Source of the DNA: Folioceros fuciformis
Lineage: Eukaryota
Length of the DNA stretch: 64,000 nucleotides
Assembly: GCA_049999805.1 (NCBI GenBank)
Contig: JBNGIO010006316.1
Coordinates: 174,558-238,557 of the forward strand
Direction: 5' to 3'
The notes beneath the pieces were generated by a model that had not been told where the DNA came from, did not search any database, and saw only the letters and a list, made by a program, of their open reading frames with translations. The position numbers and the translations under genes were made by a program. This document shows positions 25,070 to 35,933 of this stretch, piece by piece (position 1 is the stretch's first letter; each line of letters starts with the position of its first letter).

Positions 25070-25325
25070 GGCTTGGTTGCACATTGCCAATTAGCGATGG
25101 TCACTGTCTATGGTCAGTGATGGCCTGACCGCACATTGCTTGTTAATGATGGTTGTTAATTAGCAATAGTCAACGATGGCCTGGTCGCACATTGCCGATT
25201 AGCCAGGGCCTGGTCGCACATTGCCAATTAGCCAGGGCCTGGTCGCACATTGCCAATTAGCGACACCGTACATGGTCACAATGTACATGGTCAGCGATAG
25301 CCTGGCCACACATTGCTGGTTAGTG
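25070..25325. repeat. Minisatellite, core GGCCTGGTCGCACATTGCCAATTAGC x6
   Basis: Copies at ~25070, 25122, 25178, 25207, 25236 and 25299 (periods 52, 56, 29, 29, 63). Confidence 0.88.
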
Positions 25326-25477
25326 ATATATTGTCACTGTCAATCTAATCATGTTCATTAAGTACTAATATTATTTTCTATTAATGAAAAAGAGATGGAA
25401 AGTCCTCTTCAAAGGTTGGAGGAACAACCCGAGTAGGCCTTGCTCGAGCAAGGCCAAAAGAAGTATTAGCTCCTTCG

Positions 25478-25622
25478 TTGGCCAATGCTCTTTGCAAATG
25501 AATGGATCAAAACATGCTTTGACCAATGCTCCTTGCGAAGCAATGCATCAAAAACCACTTTGGCCAACTTTGTGAAACAATGCATCAAAAACCGCCTTGG
25601 GCAATGCTCTTTGCAAAACAAT
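25478..25622. repeat. ~40-bp tandem repeat (TTGGCCAATGCTCTTTGCAAAACAATGCATCAAAAAC), ~3.5 copies
   Basis: Read directly; copies are diverged. Confidence 0.75.
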
Positions 25623-25744
25623 AATATGTTGAAACAAGCCACCGCTAAGAAAAGAGAAAGAGAGGGTGGAATGTTCGTTAAGTTGAAAAATAGGATAGTA
25701 TGTAGAACCCTAAAATTTACAATGACATGGAGGGTGTCTGTATC

Positions 25745-25870
25745 ATATTCCATACTCAATGACATAGTTGCTATTCAACTCCATACTCAATGCCATATTC
25801 TATTCAACTCCGTACTCAATGCCATAGTCTTGTTCAGCTCTATACCCAATGCTATATGTCTTGTTCAATT
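25745..25870. repeat. ~29-bp tandem repeat (TATTCAACTCCATACTCAATGCCAT), ~4 copies
   Basis: Read directly. Confidence 0.75.
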
Positions 25871-26418
25871 CATACAGTTAATTTTCAAATCTTTCAATCT
25901 AAACATATATTTCCTTAGAATAGTAACTTTATGCCTTACGTTTAAATAAAAAGGGTATGTGAGACACTCTTCTGAAGGCGGGTTTACACTAATACCGGGT
26001 TGTCAGTGCCACAAAGCACTGCTCACTGGCCGGTTATGACTCTAACACATGGTGACTAGGATTTTATAGAGATGTGGTTGTACACTTGACCGGTCGAACT
26101 CTATTTTTTGACATCCCGTTCTTGGCATCTCATCTTTACAACACCTTTTCATGGTAAACTTGTTATAATCCCTTAAATACAATTTGTGAATAAGCTTGCT
26201 ACTCAATTGTGCTCACCCTGGCTACCTTGACAATCATTCTCGTTGGTAGACCAATTTAAGGTTGAGGCCACAACATTGAGCAAGCTCCTACATGGAAGGG
26301 GAGGAGCGTGACATGGCTCTCCAAATTCCCGCAGTGATGAACGTGGATAGCCACGAGGACACGGAATTGGCAACTTTGCAAAATGGGTTTAAAGAGAAGA
26401 TGTTATTAGCTGTGAGTG

Positions 26419-26582
26419 TGTTGTGTGCTCTTGAGATTTGTTCTCTTCTCTTGTTCTTTCTCTATNNNNNNNNNNTGTTGTGTGCTCTTGAGATTTGTTC
26501 TCTTCTCTTGTTCTTTCTCTATTGCAGCATCTTCTCTATTGCAGTTCTTTCTCTCTATTGCAGTATCTTCTCTATTGCAGCA
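26419..26582. repeat. ~47-bp duplication flanking a 10-N gap (26466-26475), plus CTCTATTGCAG repeats
   Basis: An identical TGTTGTGTGCTCTTGAGATTTG...CTCTAT lies on both sides of the gap; probably a collapsed or overlapping assembly. Confidence 0.7.
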
Positions 26583-27248
26583 ATGGCTTTGCATGAGGAA
26601 TTGCTGGAGTGAGTGGAAGACAAAGATAACGATGTCATGTTGGATCCATGTCTTTATCGGTTAAGCAAAACCAAGTGCATAGCATAGCTTTACAGAAGAC
26701 CGGCGGGAAACTTGCTTAAGGAAAACGAAGTGCATGAAGCTGGTTTGAGGAAGAAGTATGTTTTGCAGGCTGCTGAAATGATAAAATGAATTGCATGTGA
26801 ACGGGTATTAAAACGGAATATGCCTAGTAAATCATTAACCGTAATAACCCTAGTTGTGAGAGAAACTGCCATGTCACCATAGCACGACCGCGCAGTGTAC
26901 AAGGGGTTTGCACGCACCACCCAATTCCGCTTCTCCATTTCCTAACAGGGTGGTCATGACCACCCTACCCTAATGTAAACCCGGCATGAGGTAGAGAATA
27001 TCCTAAAAAGTACATGAGCTTTAAATCCCCAGCTTAAAATTATTTGCCGAGGTGTGGTACAGGCGACACCGTTTTTCTTGAAACTCCAGCTCAGTGTCAG
27101 TGAATAAACTTCCCTATCCGGGATCTTAAACGGAATCCCCGATTCAAGAAAATTTGAAATTAGGGCAGATCGGTAATACACTGCGGATGAGGAACATAAA
27201 AAAGGACACTCACCCTCATCCTCATCAACGTTCGGAGGGTCGGCCTCA

Positions 27249-30200
27249 TCAGAACTCAGCGGATCCAGGAGTTCGAGGAAACGGGATCACGTCCCTGATG
27301 TTTTCCATACCCGTGGAGAACTGCACGAGCCTCTCGAAACCTAGGCCAAATCCTGCATGTGGCACTGACACAAGAGCAAAGCCAAAGCCCATGTCAGCCA
27401 AATCCCCAGAACATCCACTCGGGACACGTTCCACACCAGACGTTGAAGGAACGTATCAGCCACACCTGATCCGTATCGACGCAAATCAAGGTACCACCAG
27501 TAGCTCTCTTTCTTCAACCCAGCGTCAGATATCTTCTTTTCTAGCTTATCCAGTCTTTCTTCTCTCTGGCTTCCACCAATCAGCTCGCCTATCTGCTCTT
27601 TCGCACCAAGCCCCTTTTCAACTTAATCCGACAGAAAATACCAGCAGTTTCAACAAACGGGATTTGTCAACTGTACCCTTGGAACAAGCAAATCCATGGC
27701 AGCAACAGTCCTCCCATCATCATTTTCGCGCATGTAAAATGCTTTTATGTCCTGAACAACAACACAAGATGTCATAAATAAGCTACAATGGCGTGTACAT
27801 GGCAAGTGCTGAAGAAAGTTTTCTATTACCTTCGGGTAATCCGTGATTATGACTGGTCTTCCGTTGAAGGTTTCCTCTGTGAGATATCTTTCGTGTTCGC
27901 TCTGCAAATCAACTCCCCAATTGACCTGCAGCTCAGTTCAAGTAAGCCTCATTGCTATAGAAAACCACTTCATGAATGCAAGGCTTGAGAACAGATAAAG
28001 AAAAACAAGAGGGAAGACACGTGATCAGGCCCAACACGGAGAAGAGACCGGATGAAAAAGAAAATTATCTCTTCTTGGGTGCTGCCTAAGCATAATAATG
28101 GATATGAAGATACATACAGGAAACTCAAAACTCTTGCTGGCCTTGCGTAGGAGATTGATGGCATCTGTGTAGGTAAGATGAACAATTTGCTTGTCTGCAA
28201 CGTCCTGGACAGACGAGGAAACGGTAGAGCTCATCTAGAGTTCCATCAGGAGGCCGATCAAACTACAAGTAGGAAAATATACATAAAGAACAAAGATAGT
28301 CACCCACTCACAGATAGTCGTTCTATAATTCCCTTTTCTATCCATTGATCAAAGAACTCCATGTCCTCCTTGCAGTTGTCAAGGACATACTTTACCTGTA
28401 CACACACGAAGACCAACGTTAGCCAAAGAAGAAACAAAATTTGCGCGTTCCTGTAACCACGTTGCAAAACTGAAACCTAGCGTAGTGCAAGACATGGAAT
28501 GTCACATACGACGTACTGGAGATAGGCTGTGGCACATGCCATGTCATCTTGCAGGTCTGCAAATGCAAGCTCTGGCTCTATCATCTGCGGCCATTCATTT
28601 GGGAACACGGTTAAGGGTTCACGATTCAAATTAGCGAGATCTACACAAGTCCGACAAACATAAAATGACTTACGAGCCAGCAGGTGCAAATTTCAAAGGT
28701 ATGGCACTAACACACCCAAAATTCAGCGAGATGCCGAGTGGTATTCGAGTTTTCGGCTCGAAATGTTGGTCCAAAGGTGTACACCTGATGACCGAAAAAT
28801 GCAGAGAGTTTTGTAAGGAAAGATCCAGGGCTTCCGCTACTGCGGTGGCAGGAAAACAGTATCCGGAAACAGATAGCAAGGGATGGAGCAACAATCACTG
28901 GTAAGCTAGACAGACAGTTCTTACATCATACAAGGATGTGGCATACGTTTCAGCGTTCAGCTGTCCAGATACCGTCAAGTAAGCGGGCTTGCCAAAAAAA
29001 TCCTGTGGAGAGGCAAGCACACGCTCAGGAACCATTGTACGCACCCAAAACAATGAAGAGACAAGATAATCCGGTATTCACACTCGAGCTGGTATTTGAA
29101 ACCAAATCTTGGCCTCTCAGACATGGAAAAGTGCCGCTAACTGACAAGACAAAGGAAAGCAGCGTAGACAAGTAGGTGCAAGGTTCCGTAGTCGCCTTGG
29201 ACCAATCAATAGAACCAGCCTCCGTTGTGGGTACATAGCGCACAGACGCACTAGGATCCTTCAGTGCATTTGGCATCTGCACAGAAGGGCACAGAAGTGT
29301 TGCGACACGAATCAAACTTAAACGCAATCGGTTGCCAGACATTCAAATAATAGCTCCTCACCAAGGTGGTCACACAGAACTGCTCTCCAGCTCCTTCACA
29401 ATCGGATGCAGTTATAACGGGGCTAGCAACCCATACAAAACCCATAGATTGGAAGAACTGATGTGTCGCATACGCTAACGCATTCCGAACTCGCGCAACC
29501 TGCGACAAGGTAGGCTAGGTCCGCTCGGTCACATTAAATCCAACCACACACGGGTATACGCTTGGACCGAAAGACAAAACGTACGGCAGCGAAGGAATTA
29601 GTCCGAGGTCGCAAATGTGCGATTGTCCGCAGGTACTCGCGGCTGAGGTTCTTCTTCTGCACCGGAAACGATGCCGGATCACTAGCTCCGATCTTGCAGC
29701 AGTGGAGACACGTTAGCAGAAAGAACAGCACCTTAAGCGAGCACCAGGCAGCAAGAGAAAGTGAACTCGCGTACGAGGGTCAATTTGGTGGCTTTTAGCT
29801 CCACTTTCTGCTTGGTTCCGGGGCTTTGAACCAGAACACCTTCCACAGCCACAGACGCTCCTGTGGATACCAGGCCGGACAGTATCTGGAAAAATGCGAT
29901 ATAAGAGCAAGTGTAGATTGATGCACAGAGCTGGTGGTGGGAAACAGGTGACTTACGATGTCGTAGCCCTGAACCTCGGGGGTGACCACCGCCTGAATGT
30001 TGGCGACGGAGGAGCCGTCGTTGATCTGCTTGGAATCCAAGCAAGGAAGGCATGAGAAGAGACGCGAACAGGAGCCAGCCAGGGCTGAGTCCGGTTGCCC
30101 ATACCTGGACGAAGGTGCAGGCCTTCTGCTGGCGCGCAGTCCGCACCCAGCCCTTGACAAGGAGGAGGTCCCCGACGCGCCCCGCCCCGCCATCCGGCGC

Positions 30201-30431
30201 TAGCACCACATCCGCAATACGAAATCTGCGAGTGAATGGCGACACTGATGCTGACTGTGGCTGAGGCTGGGATTCGATGCCCGCCAAAGCAGCGCGCAGG
30301 GAGGGGAATTGTCGAGGCCGGGCACAGACCCTCCTGCTCCTGCTTGGCCTACCGCCGCCGCCGCACCTTCCTGGAAAGAGAGGCGAGTGGCGTACCAGTG
30401 CCGGAGGCAGCTGCAGCGTCAAGCCGGCCAT
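27249..30431 (-). CDS. SYNO: Asparagine--tRNA ligase, chloroplastic/mitochondrial type; multi-exon
   Basis: Transit peptide, [106 protein letters not shown] and [15 protein letters not shown]. Confidence 0.95.
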
Positions 30432-30643
30432 GAAGGAACGGCAGAATTTTAGCACCCGCAACTCACCCAGTACAGGACCGTGTGTTTCATTATCTCCTTG
30501 TATGGACGCGCTAGAATCGAGATTGAAGCCGGACGGACGGGAACGCTATTTGTCTCGTTCATGTGGCTTTTCGCGCGGTTTCTGTTCGTGTTGGAGAGAT
30601 GAGGTGAAGGGCGTGTGCGGCCGAGTGGGCTACTTCCCGCTCA

Positions 30644-32797
30644 ATGACTATGGTCTCACCGCCGCGCGACTGCAAGCGCTTGGGCAAGGCCAGGCGGAAG
30701 CGCAGGTACAGGTCCTTGACGGAGCTGCTGAAGGAATGTGAATCCCTCAAGCGCCCCTGCCTGAACCTCCATGTCTCCCTTCAGTCTATGCTGCAGGACA
30801 GCTGCCTTGCATTCTCGGTGCCAGAACAGGCAGTAGGTGGGGCAGAAGGTGAGGCGAAAAGTGAGGCAGAGGTAGAAGCTGAGGCAGAAACAGATACGGA
30901 GGTGGAAGCTGAGGCAAAAGCTGATCCCGAGGCAGAGGCTTATGTCAAAGCTGAGGTAGAAGCTTACGAAGAAGGTGAAGCACAAGCGTATGCTGAAGCT
31001 GAGGCAGAAGGTCAAGCAGAGGAGGAAGAAGGAGCAGTCGAAGTAGAATCAGAATCAGCAGCAGAAGCCACATCATACGCAAACGCAGGAGCCGGAGAAG
31101 GAGCAGAAACAGATGCGGGAGCGGGTGGCCAGCTGGTACCATTGCCTACCGACATTTCGGTGACGGTGTCACAGGTGATCACTGCCTTCCTTTCCAAGTT
31201 GACGCAGCAGCTGGTGCGGGCCCCTGCTCCACCTCAATTCGGTGCACGGGTACCCTTTTCGTGCTGGGGAAAGAAGGCGGCAGCTACCGTTGATTGCATC
31301 CAGGCAAATATGAAGGGTCTACGACGAGTTGCTGGTTCAGGTGGGATTGTTCTCACCAGGGTAAGGCCGCGTACCGCTGTGCTTCTGCTGGTGACATTTC
31401 AACAAGGTGGAGGCCATGGCCTCACGACGACCGCTACCGTTGATGACTTGCCTGCGCGGGCTCTCACCGCCTTGAACATCTTCGGTGCTGCTAAGTCTGT
31501 GGATGTGAGGTTGAGGACTTTAGGGGCCTCCACTCTGGGCACACAGTGCATAGCCTCTCGTCGTGATATGGATTCGTCGGCAGCATTACCACAGTCGACT
31601 GGCATAATACAAGTCAACTGCAACCAGCATGAGCCTGAGGATGGCACCTTGGCCATGGCCTGCAACAACTTCTCTCAGGAGGAAATCAAGTTCAGCGTTG
31701 ATGACGATGATGTGAATATCGGTAGGAATACATCGTGTCCGCCTCTAGTTCTCCAGCCTGGCAAGAGGATGCTGCAATCTGATGAGGTGGGAGCGGCAGG
31801 GAATGGACACATTGTTATGCCAGATGTGGCTCACAAGTGCCTCTCTAACCTTGTCAATCTGGTGGTGTGTAGGAATCCTGTGCACTTCCGAAGCGTGCCA
31901 GATGCGAGGCAGATGATGAAGCAGCTGCGCCGGACTTCGGTCCAGTTCGCCTGGGCTTACACTCGGGTCGCGCCAGTACGTAGCCCGCACCACACAAGTT
32001 GCATGTATGGCAGGGGGTTTGGTGATGGATGTTTCTTACACCGATGTTGATGTCGCTGCAGGACACTATGCGCAGCCTGTTGTGGAGCACAGCTTAGAGC
32101 TCGTCGCCGAGCAAGAGCAAGCTGCAGCTTTGCTGCCCGCTGACGAGGCAGCTGTCAAGGCACCGGTTGTGAAGAGCATCCTCAAGGCTGCTGGTGGCTG
32201 CAAGTCTCCTTGTGCGTGCGTGGAGTGCGAGGGTGTCCGAGTCCGCGCACAACAGGCTGCAAACTTCTCTCAACGTCAGATGCAGCTCATGGAGGATCTG
32301 GCAGGCAGGCTGATGAAGGAGCTGCGCACTCTGCGTTACGTAGTAGATGAACATACAGCTGCACATGACATCAAGGTAAAATAATAGGGCAAGTCTTATC
32401 CTCGGCACCTTCAGCGTTGCACACCCACTGTTGCTCACAATGGTGTCGCTGTGCAGCTGAAGGAGGCTTCCAACAGCGCTGTGCGAGTGGAACACATGGC
32501 AAGGAGATGTCTACAGAGAATGGTGAAGGACTACCACCGCCACTGCAGACCTGCGTCGTCCTCTCAACGGGTTAGTAGTCCACGGCACCTACTCAATTTC
32601 ATCACTTTCCCGCTTGAAGGGCCAGGGGCCGGGCACCGTGTAGGTGCTCACAGATGTCATGCTCCGTTATGCAGGGGGATGGGGAAACGAAACCTAAACG
32701 CAGGCTCACGTTTGCCGACGATGCTGGACAACCTCTCTGCCAGGTTAAACTCTTCCATTGCATGCAGCAGTCGCACACACAGAACAACACAAATTGA
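30644..32797 (+). CDS. Uncharacterised protein: basic N-terminus, Glu/Ala-rich tract, C-terminal Cys-cluster plus coiled-coil domain; exon structure and end uncertain
   Basis: A 468-aa ORF is followed in another frame by SILKAAGGCKSPCACVECEGVRVRAQQAANFSQRQMQLMEDLAGRLMKELRTLR. A GT-AG intron (~32376-32457) then leads to LKEASNSAVRVEHMARRCLQRMVKDYHRHCR. This resembles a conserved uncharacterised land-plant family as I recall it. Confidence 0.6.
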
Positions 32798-33158
32798 ATG
32801 GGTGGACTCGTAGCGATGAATTGAAGTTCGACTGTGGTTTAGCAAAATGTAGTGCAAACCACGATCAAATTGTCGCAAGCAGGGAAGCAGGACAATGGCC
32901 CCAAAACAAGTGTAGTCGCTTCTTCTGAGAGGAGGACAAACGCAGTTGACGAGATGAGTTGGAGACGAGTTGGATCTGGCACCAGTTGCGGTTGTGGCGC
33001 CATCAGTCCAGACGGAGTTCTGTAAAGGAACAAGGCGAAGCTCCTGAAAGTGATGAGGGGAGGTCTGTTACCTGCGCTGCTGGAGACGGGCCAAAAGGGC
33101 CGAGCGTTGCGTTCCGTTTCAAGACCCGTGGTACACGTCTAGGTAGAGCATCAGGTGT

Positions 33159-34194
33159 CTAGGGCGGCGGAGGCAGTTGGCCAGGACCCGCAGCTGAGTA
33201 GAAGGACTGTGCGAGAGCTCGAGCGAGTGTAGCCGCATCCGGTGGCGCACTTTCACCCAAGCTAGCCGCAATGGCCGCCGCCAGGTCGCGTTCCTCGTCT
33301 TCATTAGCGTTGGCAGCAGGCGGCTGCTGGCCCAAGGAGAAGGTGAGGCGGTAGGCGTGAAATGCAGCAGCAGGCAAATCAACCCGGGATGGCAAGGGTT
33401 TGAGGGAGAGAGCAAACCGGGAGGAGCTGAGGCGCAGGCGATTGCGGAGAAGAAGACTCCTTGAGGCTGGCTGCGATGGCGGCGTCCAACTGCTGCTGCT
33501 CCTGATCCTGTTGCTGCTGGTCTTGGTCCCGGCGCTGGTTCCATTCCCTGTGAGCCTGGCGAGCCTGTTGCGGAGAGAGCCAGCGGCCGAAGGCGTGGGG
33601 GTCGGCAGCGGAGATGGAACGAGCTGCAACGGGCGCCGGGAGATTGCCCTGCACTAGGAAGATGCTCCAGCCGTCGGCCTTGAGAGTGTCGAGGTAGGCG
33701 GCCAGATAGAAGGCGGAGAGGTGAAGCGGCGCCGGATACAGGCTGTTGAAGTTGTACCATTCCGAGCCCACCTTGCGGATGGCGAACCAGTGCGACTCGA
33801 GGTGGCAGATGAAGGCGGCCTGCTGCTCGGGTTGCGCGCGCGCCTGGTGCGCCTCAGCCGAGTCCGAGTCCAACGACACGCACTGCAGGTTCCACACCTC
33901 CAGCGCGCTCTTGAGTACCTGGATGCTGAAATTGCCGTCGGCTGCCACGTTGGAGGAGTCCTCCGCCATGAAGCGTAGGTAAGCCGGCGAATCCTCGCCC
34001 AGCCCTCCCTCCAGCAGCATCTGCCGCTCTTGCCGGTCGAGATCCTCCGCCAGCGCCGCCAGATCCACCTCCGTGAAGTAGGGACCCTGCAGCGCCGAAT
34101 TGATGCAATGCACGGCGCACAGGCGAGACTCCTGCACCTCGTGGTATAGCACCACCTCTTCGCTGCCGTCTGCTCGTTCCACCGTCACGTCCAT
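33159..34194 (-). CDS. Ataxin-3 homolog (Josephin deubiquitinase plus two UIMs); one intron, ~33417-33327
   Basis: LYHEVQESRLCAVHCIN (Cys), GNFSIQVL, ESHWFAIRK (His), WYNFNSL (Asn). UIM-like LDAAIAASLKE and EEERDLAAAIAASL-type segments. Confidence 0.92.
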
Positions 34195-34470
34195 GGTGGG
34201 CAAGAACAGAGCAGAGCACGACACAGGAGACAGCAGGTGCGGAAAGGGAACGAAGCTACGGCAGTATAGAAGCACGGAGGGACAGGACGAGAAAATTCCA
34301 GTAATGATACAAGGGGAAGCCTTGATTATATAAAATGTGGAAGAAGAGATTAATGACTATATACCCAATGGATACATGACGGAGTTCAACTTGTCCGCCA
34401 ACTTCGGTGTGTATAACACGAGCATCTTTCCCCTAGAAACGCGCCTGAAATCCCTCTTGCCAGGAGTCCT

Positions 34471-35601
34471 CTAAGAGATGAAGTACATAGGATTGGGCAG
34501 CTTGAAAGTGCGGTTTCCCGCCGCCGGTCCGCTCAGGTCGCTCCACTGATCGCCCAAGCTTGTCCACACGCGATACCCCTGAGCTTCCAACAGGCTTCTG
34601 CGACTCGACTTGTAGTCGTGAGCGTTCAGGCCCTCCTCTGACTCCGATCTGCAGCATCCACATTCGCTTTGTCAGCAACTCCAACTCACGGCGATGAGAT
34701 AGCAACACAGCACCCACCTCAAAATAAGGTCAGTCCAGCCATGGTAGCCGGCCTCCAGTAGGTTGCGCGTCGTGTCACTCCTCTGGCTCTCGGGTCTTCC
34801 GGTGAGGAACACCAGGCCCCATCCCGACGCGGCCAGCTCCTGGTACAGACGCAGAGTGCCCGCTATAGGAGGCGCGCTTGCCTCCTCCACCCACTCATTC
34901 CACAGTGTTTCGTTGTACACCTCCGCGCTGTCGATGCAGTTGCAAGATGGGTAAGGGAGCCAAGGCAGCCAACTGCATCTCGCATAAAACGAACGAGATC
35001 AATCACAAGACGTACCCGTAATTGTGCTTTCGATAGTAAGGCAGATTGGAGATAGAAGTCTCGTCGATGTCCAACACGATCACGTCCAGGCCGTCGGGCT
35101 TCACGGCGGAGTCCAGCAGAAACTGGTACGCTGCCTCGGTAGCTACCGCGATGTCTGCCGGGTATTGCTTGCTCTCCACGTACCGGCGAACGTGCTGCTC
35201 GCACTCCTCGGGCACAATCCATCCTCGCAGGTTCCCAAGCTCCGCGTTTATGACGAAGGAGCTGCAGGCGACGTAATGCCCAGGCTCCGCCAGGGGCTGC
35301 TGCTGCTGCATCTCGCACGATCCCAGCACCAGCCCCAGGGTGACTACCAGCGACATGAGCACGATGGCCACAATGGCCGCGGACGACACCATCACGGTCA
35401 TGGCTGCAGACGAGAAAAAGACGCCTGCGTCGTCCACCAGGAAATGCCGACTCCCATACTCTGCAGACTTGTGAAACCAAGATCATCAGTTCAAGGCAAT
35501 CCGAACCTCGCCAACCTCTGTCCTTCCGCTCTTGCGAAAATGTCACACGTGCCTGAACCGCGCCGGCTGAGCAGGGACATACTCGAATCATTTGGCTCCA
35601 T
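34471..35601 (-). CDS. HAD subfamily IIIB acid phosphatase with N-terminal transmembrane anchor (possible extra upstream exon from ATG 35730)
   Basis: VLDIDETSISNLPYY, FLTGRPE, NLLEAGYHGWTDLILR, YKSSRR, GDQWSDL and FKLPNPMYFIS*. Hydrophobic segment AAIVAIVLMSLVVTLGLVLG. Confidence 0.92.
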
Positions 35602-35933
35602 GCGCTGCTCCAGCCTGATCCCGAGGGCAGGGGACGGCAATGGAGAACAGGAGGAGGCTGCTGGCTGCAACCAACCCACGAGGCGTCTACAATGCCACTC
35701 CCCCACTCACATTCTGCCAATGCAGCACATGGCCCAACAAATGGATATTTGCAGGTTCACCTCTCGTACGGAGGAGCTACTCAAAGTGTGCTACCCGTCA
35801 CAGCACACAATACAGAACAACTGACAAGCACCCTGGCATACGTGTGGTACAAAACAACCAGTGATGACAGCATAGAATAAATGTCAAGCCTGTCCAAACA
35901 TAGATTACAAGTCGCATCTATCCATCTCTCTTA

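Noticed and set aside
25070..25325. CRISPR-like look: a conserved 26-bp core with variable spacers
   Set aside because: Spacers range from 3 to ~37 bp and resemble one another, the repeats are degenerate, there are no cas genes, and the context is eukaryotic and intron-rich.
26292..26612. 106-aa ORF with a repeated LCALEICSLLLFFLY
   Set aside because: The repeat straddles an N gap and is probably an assembly overlap; no family motifs.
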